This document shows positions 28,263 through 38,273 of a stretch of 58,947 nt of DNA, in pieces; within the stretch, counting starts at the first letter, position 1; every line of letters begins with the position of its first letter. A program made the translations under genes and the position numbers. The notes beneath the pieces were generated by a model, which had not been told where the DNA came from, did no database searches, and saw only the letters and a list, made by a program, of their open reading frames with translations. The stretch is from positions 1 to 58,947 of the forward strand of contig JAYPJE010000022.1 of NCBI GenBank assembly GCA_038128265.1, in the 5' to 3' direction. Origin of the DNA: Gemmatimonadota bacterium. Lineage in GTDB: Bacteria; Latescibacterota; UBA2968; UBA8231.

Positions 28263-29197
28263 GGTTTGTATTCTCTGCGATCATGTTGTTCCAACGCATT
28301 GCCCCGAATCAGCCGCTGGACGTCGGCCACGTATTCGGCGCCGCGCGTCGAATAGCTACTGAGGCCAGCGGCCAGATCCGTGCCGAGCATGGCACCGCCT
28401 CGCGCCCGTGACTCGGCGCGCAGTGCGCGCAAATCGCCATAGGAGGGATGCGAGTTTAGGTTGCGCATATAGCTGCGCACGCTGGCGGCAATATTGGTAT
28501 ACACAGCTAGGCGAAAACGCGAATTCGCGGCGCCTTCGGCAGCCATTCCCTCTAAATCGCTGCGCCAAATGCGCTGACCATAGAGATTGTTTCCGCGGCG
28601 AGCGAAGCGCGACGTGCCCCAACCCGACTCTATGGCGGCCTGAGACAACACGAGCGATGGCGGCACGACGTCGACGCGGTTGAGTAGTTCGCGCAGCGAG
28701 TCGGCGCGGGTCCCCAACGCATGCGGATGGCGCTCCAGGGCATAGTGCTGGGTCATGGCCCGAAAGAACGCATCATCGGGTGCTCCTGCAGACATCTCCA
28801 GCAGGCGCTGGCGACGCGCCAACGTGGTCTCGTTGTGAAACTGAACTATGGGCAATAGGATCGAGAAAAAAAGAGCCTTCTTCTGGGCGACCGGTAGCTC
28901 ACCCATATCCGCGGGCATTGCGTCGAGCGATGCCGGTCCCTCAACGCCATCCAGCAGGCGAAGAGCAGCATCGGCCGAGTCGGCGCGCAGGTGAAAAAAG
29001 AGGCGATGGCTTTTTTCAGTCCGCCCAGCGAGCGAGTCGGCGTCCAGCAAGTGATAGCGCAGTAGCCGGTCGTCAACCGATGAGACGGCGACTAGGTGCT
29101 CGTGCTGCGTCAGCGGAGAATTGGACTCTGGCCATGCCGCTGGCGGCAACCACGCTTGAGCGCAGTATAACGCTATAACTAAGGGAATGAAACGCAT
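28259..29197 (-). CDS. Glucosaminidase-domain (GH73, Bax-like) exported protein
   Basis: KKALFFSILLP, VDVVPPSLVLSQAAIESGWGTSRFA..GNNLYG, SYMRNLNSH, SYSTRG.EY. Start is ATG 29197 or 29203. Confidence 0.85.
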   Translation of the reverse strand: MRFIPLVIALYCAQAWLPPAAWPESNSPLTQHEHLVAVSSVDDRLLRYHLLDADSLAGRTEKSHRLFFHLRADSADAALRLLDGVEGPASLDAMPADMGELPVAQKKALFFSILLPIVQFHNETTLARRQRLLEMSAGAPDDAFFRAMTQHYALERHPHALGTRADSLRELLNRVDVVPPSLVLSQAAIESGWGTSRFARRGNNLYGQRIWRSDLEGMAAEGAANSRFRLAVYTNIAASVRSYMRNLNSHPSYGDLRALRAESRARGGAMLGTDLAAGLSSYSTRGAEYVADVQRLIRGNALEQHDRREYKP

Positions 29198-29220
29198 GCT
29201 CATTCCCTCAATATGGCATC

Positions 29221-32200
29221 TCAACGCAGCAGCAGCAAGCGCCGCACGTGCGTTTTATCGCCCGCATGCAGCCGATAAAAGTAGGTGCCCGAAGATACAG
29301 CCCGCCCTCCGGCATCGCGCCCATCCCAGCGCACCTGGGGCAGGCCCGGTGCCCGCGCACCGGCATAGAGCGTGCGTATATTTTGTCCCAGCGCGTTGTA
29401 TATAGACAGTTCAACGCGACGTCCCTCGCCGACGCCAATCGCAAAGGGTATGGTCGTCTCCGGATTAAATGGATTCGGATAGTTGGGTAACAGCGCGCTG
29501 TGCTGTGGCTGCGCGGATACGGCATCAACCTGCAGGTCGACCAGCGAACCATCGGCGCGCAAGACCTGCCCACCCATTAGACGAGCTTCGACGGGTAGCA
29601 GCAGCAGGTCTTCCACGCTCTCCAGAGCAACCCGCGATTCGGCAAGGGCGATAACCAAACGCGTCGCCCCGCCTTCGTCCCAGGCATGCATGTGGTATGC
29701 GCGCTCTTCCCACGCCGTTCCCCGCAGAGAAAGCGACGCGGCGTCGGCGTCGAGCAAGAGCAGCGTTATCGCCGTTATCGCCTCGGGGCTTTGCAGGCGC
29801 AGAACGCCGTCTTCCCCTCGGACAACAGGCAGGCTAAATGGGACTTCTTTGGCCACCGGGTTTTCCGCCAACTCCATGCCTATGCGACCAAAGTTTTCGG
29901 CCAGCAGCATAAAATCGTCAATGCCCACCTGTCCATCGCCGTTAAAATCGGCGCGGCGCGCCTCGGGCTCGACGGTTGTATTGCTATTAAAGAAGTCAAC
30001 CAATTGACCAAAGTCTGCTAGGTTAATTCGATTGTCATCGTTTGCATCGCCCGCCGGCAGCGGCACGCTTAGCTCTTCGGTCGCCCACTCAAACTGCAGC
30101 GGCTCTTCCGCCAGTTCGCCACCAATGGTGACCGGTCCATCGACCACGTGTCCCTGAAGGTGCGTATCTGCTTTCACCAGCAAGCTATAGGTCCCCGGGG
30201 GGATCTGAGCCAACTTAAAGGCACCCTGCCCATCGAGCGTGTGCTGTATGCCCTCTTTAAATCGATTTTCATCGTTTATAGGCGATGACAGTAACTGTCC
30301 TTCCGCGTCGTAGAAGTGCAGCGAAACCTGCACATTCGCATTGTCGATGTCTCGTGCCTGCAGCGCGACTTGTCCACGCACGGTATAGTCACGCGCAACA
30401 ATCTCAATAGGCTGCTCTGGGATAAACGGCGGAATCCACTGCCCGGTATCATCAACCACTGCACTGATGCGGTTGAGCCGCGGCTCTTCGTCTATGCGAA
30501 TTTGCGCCGTGACGTCGCCGGTAGTGACAAAACGCACTTCGCCCAACAGCACCGGATCGACTCCAGCGTCAATTAGCGGCAAACCCATGCTTTGCACCAA
30601 GGACAGATTGACCCGCCCCGCTTCGCCACCGTGCAGGGCATTTTCGATAGCGCGCCCCTCAAATGCACGGGCAACTCGGAAGGGCTGGACATCGACTAAT
30701 TCCCCTCCCTCGGCTAGCGCTTCGCCCGTCAACTCGTCGACCAAGTCGAGGCCTTCGGCATCATAGCTCATGTAAATGGAGACACCCGTCAGCACGTGAG
30801 CGGTCGGCACGATAAAGGCGCGCACGACCAGCGTATCGCCAATGCTAAAGCGTGCCTCATCGACCACTTCAAGCTGAAAAAAAGGCGATGGCTGCGAAAC
30901 GGCCCACACCGTGTCGGAAGGCGTTGATTCGACGCTGGCATTACCGGCGACGATGTAGTAGTAAAACGTGTCGGCGAGCGTGGCGGCCGGGTCAATAAAG
31001 CGCCGGCTGCCGGCCAGTAGCGTATCGACAGCCGCGTAGTCTCCCCCGCGCTCAGCGGAGCGGAACACGGTGTAGCGCGTCGTGCGCCCCAGCTGTTCGT
31101 CCAGTTCAGGCGCTTGCCAAACAACTTCCACCTGACGCCCCAAGTCGCGGCCCAAATCGCGCGCCTCTACTCCACTGGGCGGGCGCGGTGGATCGCCGAG
31201 ACGTGCATCTTCGTTAAGAAAAACCTGTATTTGCTGTTCACTGGCGGACAGTGCAGCGATATCGTTGGCTCCATCGCCGTTCAGATCGGCGACCGCCACC
31301 CTGCGCACGGGCACCTGCGAGGTGATAATGTCGCGCACGACGAGGCCCGTGCCTCCATCGTTTTCCAGAAAGGCGATATAGTCCCCGCTCCCCCCGGCAA
31401 CGACCAGGTCGCTGAACACATCGCGCGTGAGATCGGACAGCGCCATATCGGTCAGCGGTACATTGACGTTCACGCGCTGCAGCAGCGTCAACTGACCGCT
31501 GCCGTCGTTGAGCAGCACGGCGACATCGCGCGAGCCACGACTCCCCGCCAGCACATCGTTGTCGCCGTCCGCATCAAAATCGACCATGTGGACGCTGATG
31601 GGCTCCTGTCCGACGACGTAGTCCTGGCGCGTCAAAAACCCGCCTCCCGGATCAGCCAGTATAACTGAGACCGTTCCAGAAGTCCTGTTGGCTACGACCA
31701 GGTCGCGATGGTCATCGGCATTGAGGTGTCCGGCAGCTAGCGCCGCTGGCCCAGTGCCGGCATCAATGGATACGCGCGCGTTAAAGTTGCCGCGCCCGTT
31801 GTTATACACGACGGTCACCGAAGCATCATCGCTATTGGCCGTTGCAATATCGACGTCGCCGTCCGCATCGAGATCGGTCGCCAGCACATCGGATAGCACG
31901 TGGCCTATATAGACGTCGCTGCGCTGTCCGTCAAAGCCACCCTGACCGTCGTTGGCCAACAGCGAAACGGAGCGCGCTACCGGATCGGCCACGACTAGAT
32001 CGGGCACCGTGCCAAAAATGGGCGCTACGGCAAGAGCTGCCGGTTGGTCCCACGAACCGTAAGATGCCGTCTCCGAAGGGTACGAAGCTAGGGCAGCAAA
32101 CGCGCCGGCACCGTCGTTTATATGCACGCGGATTTTACCACCGGCACTGTCGGCCAGTACCATATCGGCAGCACCGTCGGCATTGAGATCAGCGACGAGC

Positions 32201-34167
32201 AAATCGGCCGAACCGCTGCCGGCATCCAAGCGCTCCTGCGCGCGCAGTGCCAGTGCACCGCCGGCACCAACGAGCTGCACCTGCATGCTCGACAGACGTC
32301 CCGGGGCATCGCTTTCCACGGTCAGCACACCGCGCTGTTCGCCTGCTTCAATGGGAAAAAAGCGCAGACCGAGCGCGTAGACTTCACCGGGCGCGATGCT
32401 TTTTGGCTCTTCGCCGTCGATGCTAAACGCTTCCCCCTGCAGCGACAGGGCGCGGATATTGAGCGGCGCATTGCCGCTATTAGAGATAGTCAGAGACTGC
32501 ACGCGCGCCGTGGCGATGTCCACCGTACCAAAATCCACATCCATACTAGAGAGGCTGATATCGGGCGCCGTCCCAACGCCGTCAAAGGGCACGTTGCGGT
32601 GCGTGCCATCCCCATCTACAATGACCAGCTGCGACGAAATGCCACGCGCCACCAGCGGAACAAAACGCACTCGGAGCAGGGCTTTTTGGCCAGGTGATAG
32701 CGCTGCTGGCAGTGCGTTGAGCAGGCGAAAGGAGCTGTCTTCGAAAAAGGCATTGCGCAGTTCTAAAACGGCGTTGCCCTCATTGCTAAGGGCCACAGTC
32801 GTGTCGACATATGCCCCCACGCGCACCGCGCCAAAGCGCACGGCACTGGGCTGCGCTCTCAGCTGAGCTTGGACCCCTATTCCCAATAGGGAGATGCCGG
32901 TACTGCTGGCAAATAGATCGTTGCTGCGCACCATCATATTGGTCGACACCGACCCGCGCTGCTGCGGCTGGAAGCGCACCTGCACGCGTTCGGTCTGCCC
33001 CGCCTCTACTGTCAGCGAAGCCGGACTCACGCCAAAAGCGCTTTCCCGGTCGACATTAATATTCGACACCACCAGCGGTGCCTGACCGTCGTTGCTTATA
33101 TCGAGCGAAAGCGATGCAGTCGCGCCGACGGCGATTTGGCCAAAGTTTAGCTGAGTCGCGCTGAAGCGCGCGCGCGCCTCCGGGGCAAACTGCAGCGCGT
33201 ATATACCGCTGCTCCGCGTCAGACCGAGCAAGCGCCCATCGACCCCCGGCACCACGCCTATCCAGCGCGCGGCCAAATCGCTCAGTCCTTCGTTGATGGC
33301 GACCCAATTGCTACCGCCGTCGCGCGTGCGAAAAAAGCCCCCTGCCGCCGTCGCAGCATAGTACAGCGCCGGCACATCTGGATCGATAGCAACCACGCGT
33401 ACGTTGTGGTCTTCTAAGCCATTGTTGGCCGCACGCCAGCTGCCACCGCTATCGTCGCTAATAAATACGCCGCCTCCGAACGCACCGGCAATAATCAGTC
33501 CAGGCGAAGTGCTCTCGTCGCCGATGACGATGCTGCGCACGCTCTGTCCGGCCAGATCGCCCACGACCTGCCAACTAGAACCTCCATTGCGGCTCACATA
33601 GAGCCCGCGCCCCGTGCCCGCATAGACCGTAGCGCTCTCCAATGGATGAGCCGCCAAGGCAAAGACAATTTCGGAGACCAGTTCACCGCCGGCTGCGCGC
33701 CACGACAGACCGCGGTCTTCGCTCAGATAAATTCCCTCTCCAAAGGTCCCCGCATAGACGCGCCCCTCTGGTCCGGCGCTTAAGGACAGCACGCCGCTGA
33801 CGACAGACGACTCCCTGCGCCACTGGCGACCTCCGTCGCCGCTCATGAATAGACCGGTATTGGCACCGGCATAGAGCTGAGTAGGCCTTTCGGGATCCAC
33901 AGCCAGGCTCAGCACGCTGCGATCGACCAGTTCTGCCCCACTGGGCAACCACGTCTGGCCCCCGTCGCTGCTGCGGTAAAAGCCATCAACCGCACCGGCA
34001 AAGAGCGTATCGGTACGACTAGCGTGAACCTGCAGCACGTTGACCGCTGCACCCAGTCCCACACCCTCACTCGTCCACTCGTTGATACCAGCTACAGCAC
34101 CCGTAGTCGGCACCAGACAGCTCAGCGCACACAGCAGCGCACAGTATGTTTTCCTTAGGTCCTTCAT
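29221..34167 (-). CDS. Large secreted protein: BNR/Asp-box propeller, ASH-type Ig domains, FG-GAP propeller, FN3, cohesin-like, dockerin, FlgD-Ig/T9SS-like tail
   Basis: Signal peptide; S.DGG.(T/S)W repeats; (L/V)(N/D)FG...SN.G.A.L Ig repeats; DLNADG/DLDADGD/DFDADGD repeats; dockerin GDANDDNRINLADF...ADFNGDGQVGIDDF; NYPNPFNPETTI...WDGRD...LLLLR. Confidence 0.85.
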   Translation of the reverse strand: MKDLRKTYCALLCALSCLVPTTGAVAGINEWTSEGVGLGAAVNVLQVHASRTDTLFAGAVDGFYRSSDGGQTWLPSGAELVDRSVLSLAVDPERPTQLYAGANTGLFMSGDGGRQWRRESSVVSGVLSLSAGPEGRVYAGTFGEGIYLSEDRGLSWRAAGGELVSEIVFALAAHPLESATVYAGTGRGLYVSRNGGSSWQVVGDLAGQSVRSIVIGDESTSPGLIIAGAFGGGVFISDDSGGSWRAANNGLEDHNVRVVAIDPDVPALYYAATAAGGFFRTRDGGSNWVAINEGLSDLAARWIGVVPGVDGRLLGLTRSSGIYALQFAPEARARFSATQLNFGQIAVGATASLSLDISNDGQAPLVVSNINVDRESAFGVSPASLTVEAGQTERVQVRFQPQQRGSVSTNMMVRSNDLFASSTGISLLGIGVQAQLRAQPSAVRFGAVRVGAYVDTTVALSNEGNAVLELRNAFFEDSSFRLLNALPAALSPGQKALLRVRFVPLVARGISSQLVIVDGDGTHRNVPFDGVGTAPDISLSSMDVDFGTVDIATARVQSLTISNSGNAPLNIRALSLQGEAFSIDGEEPKSIAPGEVYALGLRFFPIEAGEQRGVLTVESDAPGRLSSMQVQLVGAGGALALRAQERLDAGSGSADLLVADLNADGAADMVLADSAGGKIRVHINDGAGAFAALASYPSETASYGSWDQPAALAVAPIFGTVPDLVVADPVARSVSLLANDGQGGFDGQRSDVYIGHVLSDVLATDLDADGDVDIATANSDDASVTVVYNNGRGNFNARVSIDAGTGPAALAAGHLNADDHRDLVVANRTSGTVSVILADPGGGFLTRQDYVVGQEPISVHMVDFDADGDNDVLAGSRGSRDVAVLLNDGSGQLTLLQRVNVNVPLTDMALSDLTRDVFSDLVVAGGSGDYIAFLENDGGTGLVVRDIITSQVPVRRVAVADLNGDGANDIAALSASEQQIQVFLNEDARLGDPPRPPSGVEARDLGRDLGRQVEVVWQAPELDEQLGRTTRYTVFRSAERGGDYAAVDTLLAGSRRFIDPAATLADTFYYYIVAGNASVESTPSDTVWAVSQPSPFFQLEVVDEARFSIGDTLVVRAFIVPTAHVLTGVSIYMSYDAEGLDLVDELTGEALAEGGELVDVQPFRVARAFEGRAIENALHGGEAGRVNLSLVQSMGLPLIDAGVDPVLLGEVRFVTTGDVTAQIRIDEEPRLNRISAVVDDTGQWIPPFIPEQPIEIVARDYTVRGQVALQARDIDNANVQVSLHFYDAEGQLLSSPINDENRFKEGIQHTLDGQGAFKLAQIPPGTYSLLVKADTHLQGHVVDGPVTIGGELAEEPLQFEWATEELSVPLPAGDANDDNRINLADFGQLVDFFNSNTTVEPEARRADFNGDGQVGIDDFMLLAENFGRIGMELAENPVAKEVPFSLPVVRGEDGVLRLQSPEAITAITLLLLDADAASLSLRGTAWEERAYHMHAWDEGGATRLVIALAESRVALESVEDLLLLPVEARLMGGQVLRADGSLVDLQVDAVSAQPQHSALLPNYPNPFNPETTIPFAIGVGEGRRVELSIYNALGQNIRTLYAGARAPGLPQVRWDGRDAGGRAVSSGTYFYRLHAGDKTHVRRLLLLR

Positions 34168-34187
34168 ATTCGCATCCCTTATCGCTC

Positions 34188-37100
34188 TCAGCGCAAGAGC
34201 ACCAGCGAGCGGCGATGACGCCGTCCGCCTTCGATAAGCTCGATGTAGTAAACCCCGCTACCGGAGATCATTCCCGCGTCATCGCGACCGTTCCAACCGA
34301 CACTCCATACCCCCACCTCTTGAAATTCGTCGACCAAGGCACGCACGGGCTGGCCCAGCGCATTGTATAGCAGCATGCGCACCGGCCCCGGTGATTCAAT
34401 GCGATACTCAATGGTAGCCACTTCCCCCACGCTTGCTGTAAAGGGATTGGGATAGCCGTTTAGCATGACCGTTTGGCGTATATTTTCCTCGCGCACAGGT
34501 CCCGCTCTAAACAGGCCCAGCTGATCGACCGACACGGCCAGCCAGCCAGTTTGTGGGTCGACGCTGGTCGATAGCTCATCCCACGTGCTCGTCACCTCAT
34601 TCCAGCGCAGAATGCCCTGCGGCTCATTGCCCACGGGGAGGAAGTTTATCGACACCGGCATAGCCAGTTCTCGGCCGCCCAACATATCAATCGAATAGAC
34701 TGGAAATCCCGCGCTGTTGGGCGGCAGTTCCGCCTCGCCCAATCGATAGATTATGGCCATCTGCCCAGGTAGGGCAGCGGCGTCGCTCACGTTGACGATC
34801 AGCTGCAGGTCGGGGCTGCGCACATTGCCGCCCTTTTCGTCGACCCAGTCCAGCGCGATTTCCTGCCTGCGCACACCAGCGTTACCCGCTCGGTCTACGC
34901 CGCTAATAATGGCTTCGGCAAAGAGTCCCTCTACATCGGGACCGTGATAAAACGACGCCTGATATCCTCCGTCGTCCCGCTCTTTGACTTCTAACGTGTC
35001 GCCGTTGACGGCGATTGTCGGGCTATCTAACAGCGCCTCGTCGGCCGTGGCGATAATTTCGACCAGCTCGCTGAATACCGGATGGCGCCGAACTTCGAGC
35101 GTGAACTCGGGAGGGCGCCCGTCTAACTCGATAATCACCTGCAGCGCTGCCACGGCCAGGTTGCCCTGCGGGTCGGTTACCGTTAGCGCAATGCTGCGCT
35201 GGCCTCGCTGCCCTGGAGGAATCGATATAAACAGACGGCTTTCTTCCAGCCGCGCGGATATACCAGCCGGTGCCTGCACGCTCCACTGCAGGTTCTCCAA
35301 CGGCGTATCGGCATCTTGCACAAAGACGCCCAAATCAATTTGTCGCTCTGCATCACCCGCCGTTAGCAACATCTGCGGCAGCGCTCCTATGACGGGCGCT
35401 TCGCCGCCGCGCACGACGACGACTTCCATAAGCGCGATTTCTGTATTACCGGACGGATCGATGACCACAAACTGCAGCTTCTCAATAGCCGGTATGGCCC
35501 CCGTTGCATCGAGTGTGACCACACGCGTAGCCGGATCGATAGAAACGCTGAGTACCTGTTGACCGCTCACGCTCCACACCAGATCGTCGTCGGGGTCGTC
35601 GTCGACAACGTAGTCATCCAGATCAAGCGAAGTATCCACTTCGCCCTCGGCAACCTGAATGCGCGGCAAAGAGCGCACCTGTGGCGCCAAACCAGGACCG
35701 TTCACCACGACCTGGAGCGACACCCTCTGCCTGCGCCCTGTCGCATCAACGGCGCTCAGTTGCAGTTCCTCTGTGCCCGTAAAGCCGGCATTGGTTAACA
35801 GCAGAAAGAGACGCGTTGTGCGCACATCGATCTCCGCGGAGATGTTCTCCGCAGGCTCGACGCTCCACACCAGCGATGGCGGCGCGGTCCCACCCCCACC
35901 CAGTGCGTATTCCTGCAGCACAATAGATGAATCAACGCGTCCGACAAACAGCTCTACCTCGGGCAGTGCCAGCAGCGAAAAGAGCGGCGGCAACCCCACC
36001 GTTACGAGGGCTGTGCGCTCCTGTCCGTTGGTATCTATCGCGCGCAGGACTACCTGCGTTGCTCCGCCCATATTTCCTGCGCTTTCGTCGCGCTCCAGCA
36101 CGAGATCGTGCGTCACCGGATCAAATGAGACCCGAACACCAGGCTCCGGCACAACCTGCCACACCAGCTCACTCTCGCGATCGACGTCGTCGTAGGCGTA
36201 ATCATCTAAATCGATCCGCACCGCAGCATTGGCGCTTTCCAGAATCACTTCGGGCAGTTCGGCCAACTGCGGCGCCTCCCCGGGGCGTGCCAACAGCACG
36301 GGAACCGTCGCCTCGTGGCTATTCCCCTGCGGATCGCTGGCGCGCAGGCCCAGTTCGGCGGGACTGGCAAAATCTAAGCCGGCCCATACGCTCAGCGTGC
36401 GGGAGGCGATATCCAACGCGACCTCTACACCCGTTGTGGGAAAAACCTCCCAGATAATGGCGTCGTCGGCATGGTCGGGGTCGGCCACCCACTCATCGAG
36501 TGCATAGTGGACAATCTCGTCTTGCCGCAGACCAATCTTGGCAACTGCTGCAATGCGCGGCCCCAAGTCGTCTTCGCTGCGCAGCACGCTAGCCAACAGG
36601 TGCTGTATATCGCTATTGCCGTCGGGATCGGTAACCGTAACGGTGAGATTCGCCGAGCCAGCAAAGCCGCTTTCGCCGCTTATCTGCAGAATCCCGCCCG
36701 GTATCGATGCAACCAATCCGCTATCGGCCTGTACTGACCAGGTCAGCGACTCGACTGGACTATCATCGACCACGCGCTCCTTCAGATCGAGCGATATCGA
36801 TTGCCCCCCGCGAAAGCGCAGTTCGGCCAGTTGCTCTAGCTCGGGCCCAACCGATGTGCCCTCCGCTAACCCTATGACGACCAAACGCGTAGATGCGCTG
36901 GCGCCGGACGTATCCTGCGCCGTTATGTGGACAATGCCGCGACCAACCTGTAGACTGCCGACCAAGAGGGCACCATCAGCAACTTCTGCCCGCACGCCCC
37001 CTTCGACTTCGAGAAATACCTGCAGTGCAGAAACAGCATCGTCCCGATCGCTCAGTATACTTTCCAGCGGTATTGCCATCGACGGAGCGCCGACAGTTGG

Positions 37101-38273
37101 ATAGACCGGCGGCAGCGATTCGGCTTCGGGTGCATCATTGACCGGCAGCACGTCCACTACGGCCCGAACGGTATCGGCTAACCCGGTCGGGTCGGCGACG
37201 ATAAACGCTACTTCTTCAGCGCCGAAGTAGTCCGCCTCGGGGTTGAATAGCGCGATGTGGCTATCGGCATTGATCTCTATTTCCATGTGAACGGTCGGCG
37301 CGGCCTCCCACATCAGTTCGGCAACGTCGTGGTCGAGATCTTCGGCAAACGCATCAAAATCGAGGTCCAAATATGGACTGTCTTCGGCAAAGCGAATGGT
37401 ATCGGGAAAATCGACGATGCGCGGCGTTGAAAGAACGGTTATGCGCACCGTATCGGCCGCGGTCAATCCACCGTCAATATCAAAGGCCGTAAATATCATT
37501 CCACGCGTGCCGACAAAGCCCGCGCGTGGACTCATCGTCACTTCGCGGGTATCTGGGTCGATGGTAGTAGGCACTTCACTGAGGCGCGAATGCGTCCACA
37601 AAACTTCTGTCGATAGCGTGTCGACATACTGATCCAAATCAAAGACTATCTGCGACGTGCCCTCAATAACAGTCACATCCGGCATCGGCCAAATGCGAAA
37701 CCCCGTAACCCGCACTTGGGCCTCTCCCAGCGGCTGGGCAAAGCGCTTCTCGATGCCCGGTTCGGTCGCCGTCACGTAGTGCGACATGCGGTCGTGACCT
37801 ATCTCCTCTATACGAATAGACTCGACCCCTTCCACCGATCGCCTTGCAACCTCGAGCTGAAAGCGCACCGCAACCCCGCTGCTATCGGCGCTCTGCCGCA
37901 CCGCTCCACCAGCCGCTTCTACATAGCTCAAGTAGACTCGGCCATCAATTTCTTCGGCGCTGTTTACCAGCGGTATGCCGCGCAGCAAACGGCCGCTGCT
38001 AAATGGCACGAGCGCACCGTCGGCGGCGATCTCAGCCGGCACTAGGGAAAACACATCGGCATCGTAGGACAGGAAGAGGCTATATCCCGTTAACTCCTCA
38101 TCGCCGGAATCGATAAACACTTCCACATCGATTACAGAGCCTAGCTCAGCGCTAAAGGCACTTTCCCCATCGGCGCGGCGCACTTCGGCGCGAGCAGCGG
38201 CATCGGCGGCCGTAGCCGCACCCAGCAGGGCCCACGTCAGTAGGGCCATTAAGCGCACCATAAACCCGCTCAT
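34188..38273 (-). CDS. Large secreted protein: N-terminal cohesin-like domain, tandem cadherin/Ig-like repeats, FlgD-Ig/T9SS-like tail (paralog of 42601-46887)
   Basis: Signal peptide; VEVFIDSGDEELTGYSLFLSYD (cohesin-like); repeats of DLD.YV.D.D...L.W...V.DP.GN; GYPNPF...WNGRDD...LVLLR. Confidence 0.82.
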   Translation of the reverse strand: MSGFMVRLMALLTWALLGAATAADAAARAEVRRADGESAFSAELGSVIDVEVFIDSGDEELTGYSLFLSYDADVFSLVPAEIAADGALVPFSSGRLLRGIPLVNSAEEIDGRVYLSYVEAAGGAVRQSADSSGVAVRFQLEVARRSVEGVESIRIEEIGHDRMSHYVTATEPGIEKRFAQPLGEAQVRVTGFRIWPMPDVTVIEGTSQIVFDLDQYVDTLSTEVLWTHSRLSEVPTTIDPDTREVTMSPRAGFVGTRGMIFTAFDIDGGLTAADTVRITVLSTPRIVDFPDTIRFAEDSPYLDLDFDAFAEDLDHDVAELMWEAAPTVHMEIEINADSHIALFNPEADYFGAEEVAFIVADPTGLADTVRAVVDVLPVNDAPEAESLPPVYPTVGAPSMAIPLESILSDRDDAVSALQVFLEVEGGVRAEVADGALLVGSLQVGRGIVHITAQDTSGASASTRLVVIGLAEGTSVGPELEQLAELRFRGGQSISLDLKERVVDDSPVESLTWSVQADSGLVASIPGGILQISGESGFAGSANLTVTVTDPDGNSDIQHLLASVLRSEDDLGPRIAAVAKIGLRQDEIVHYALDEWVADPDHADDAIIWEVFPTTGVEVALDIASRTLSVWAGLDFASPAELGLRASDPQGNSHEATVPVLLARPGEAPQLAELPEVILESANAAVRIDLDDYAYDDVDRESELVWQVVPEPGVRVSFDPVTHDLVLERDESAGNMGGATQVVLRAIDTNGQERTALVTVGLPPLFSLLALPEVELFVGRVDSSIVLQEYALGGGGTAPPSLVWSVEPAENISAEIDVRTTRLFLLLTNAGFTGTEELQLSAVDATGRRQRVSLQVVVNGPGLAPQVRSLPRIQVAEGEVDTSLDLDDYVVDDDPDDDLVWSVSGQQVLSVSIDPATRVVTLDATGAIPAIEKLQFVVIDPSGNTEIALMEVVVVRGGEAPVIGALPQMLLTAGDAERQIDLGVFVQDADTPLENLQWSVQAPAGISARLEESRLFISIPPGQRGQRSIALTVTDPQGNLAVAALQVIIELDGRPPEFTLEVRRHPVFSELVEIIATADEALLDSPTIAVNGDTLEVKERDDGGYQASFYHGPDVEGLFAEAIISGVDRAGNAGVRRQEIALDWVDEKGGNVRSPDLQLIVNVSDAAALPGQMAIIYRLGEAELPPNSAGFPVYSIDMLGGRELAMPVSINFLPVGNEPQGILRWNEVTSTWDELSTSVDPQTGWLAVSVDQLGLFRAGPVREENIRQTVMLNGYPNPFTASVGEVATIEYRIESPGPVRMLLYNALGQPVRALVDEFQEVGVWSVGWNGRDDAGMISGSGVYYIELIEGGRRHRRSLVLLR

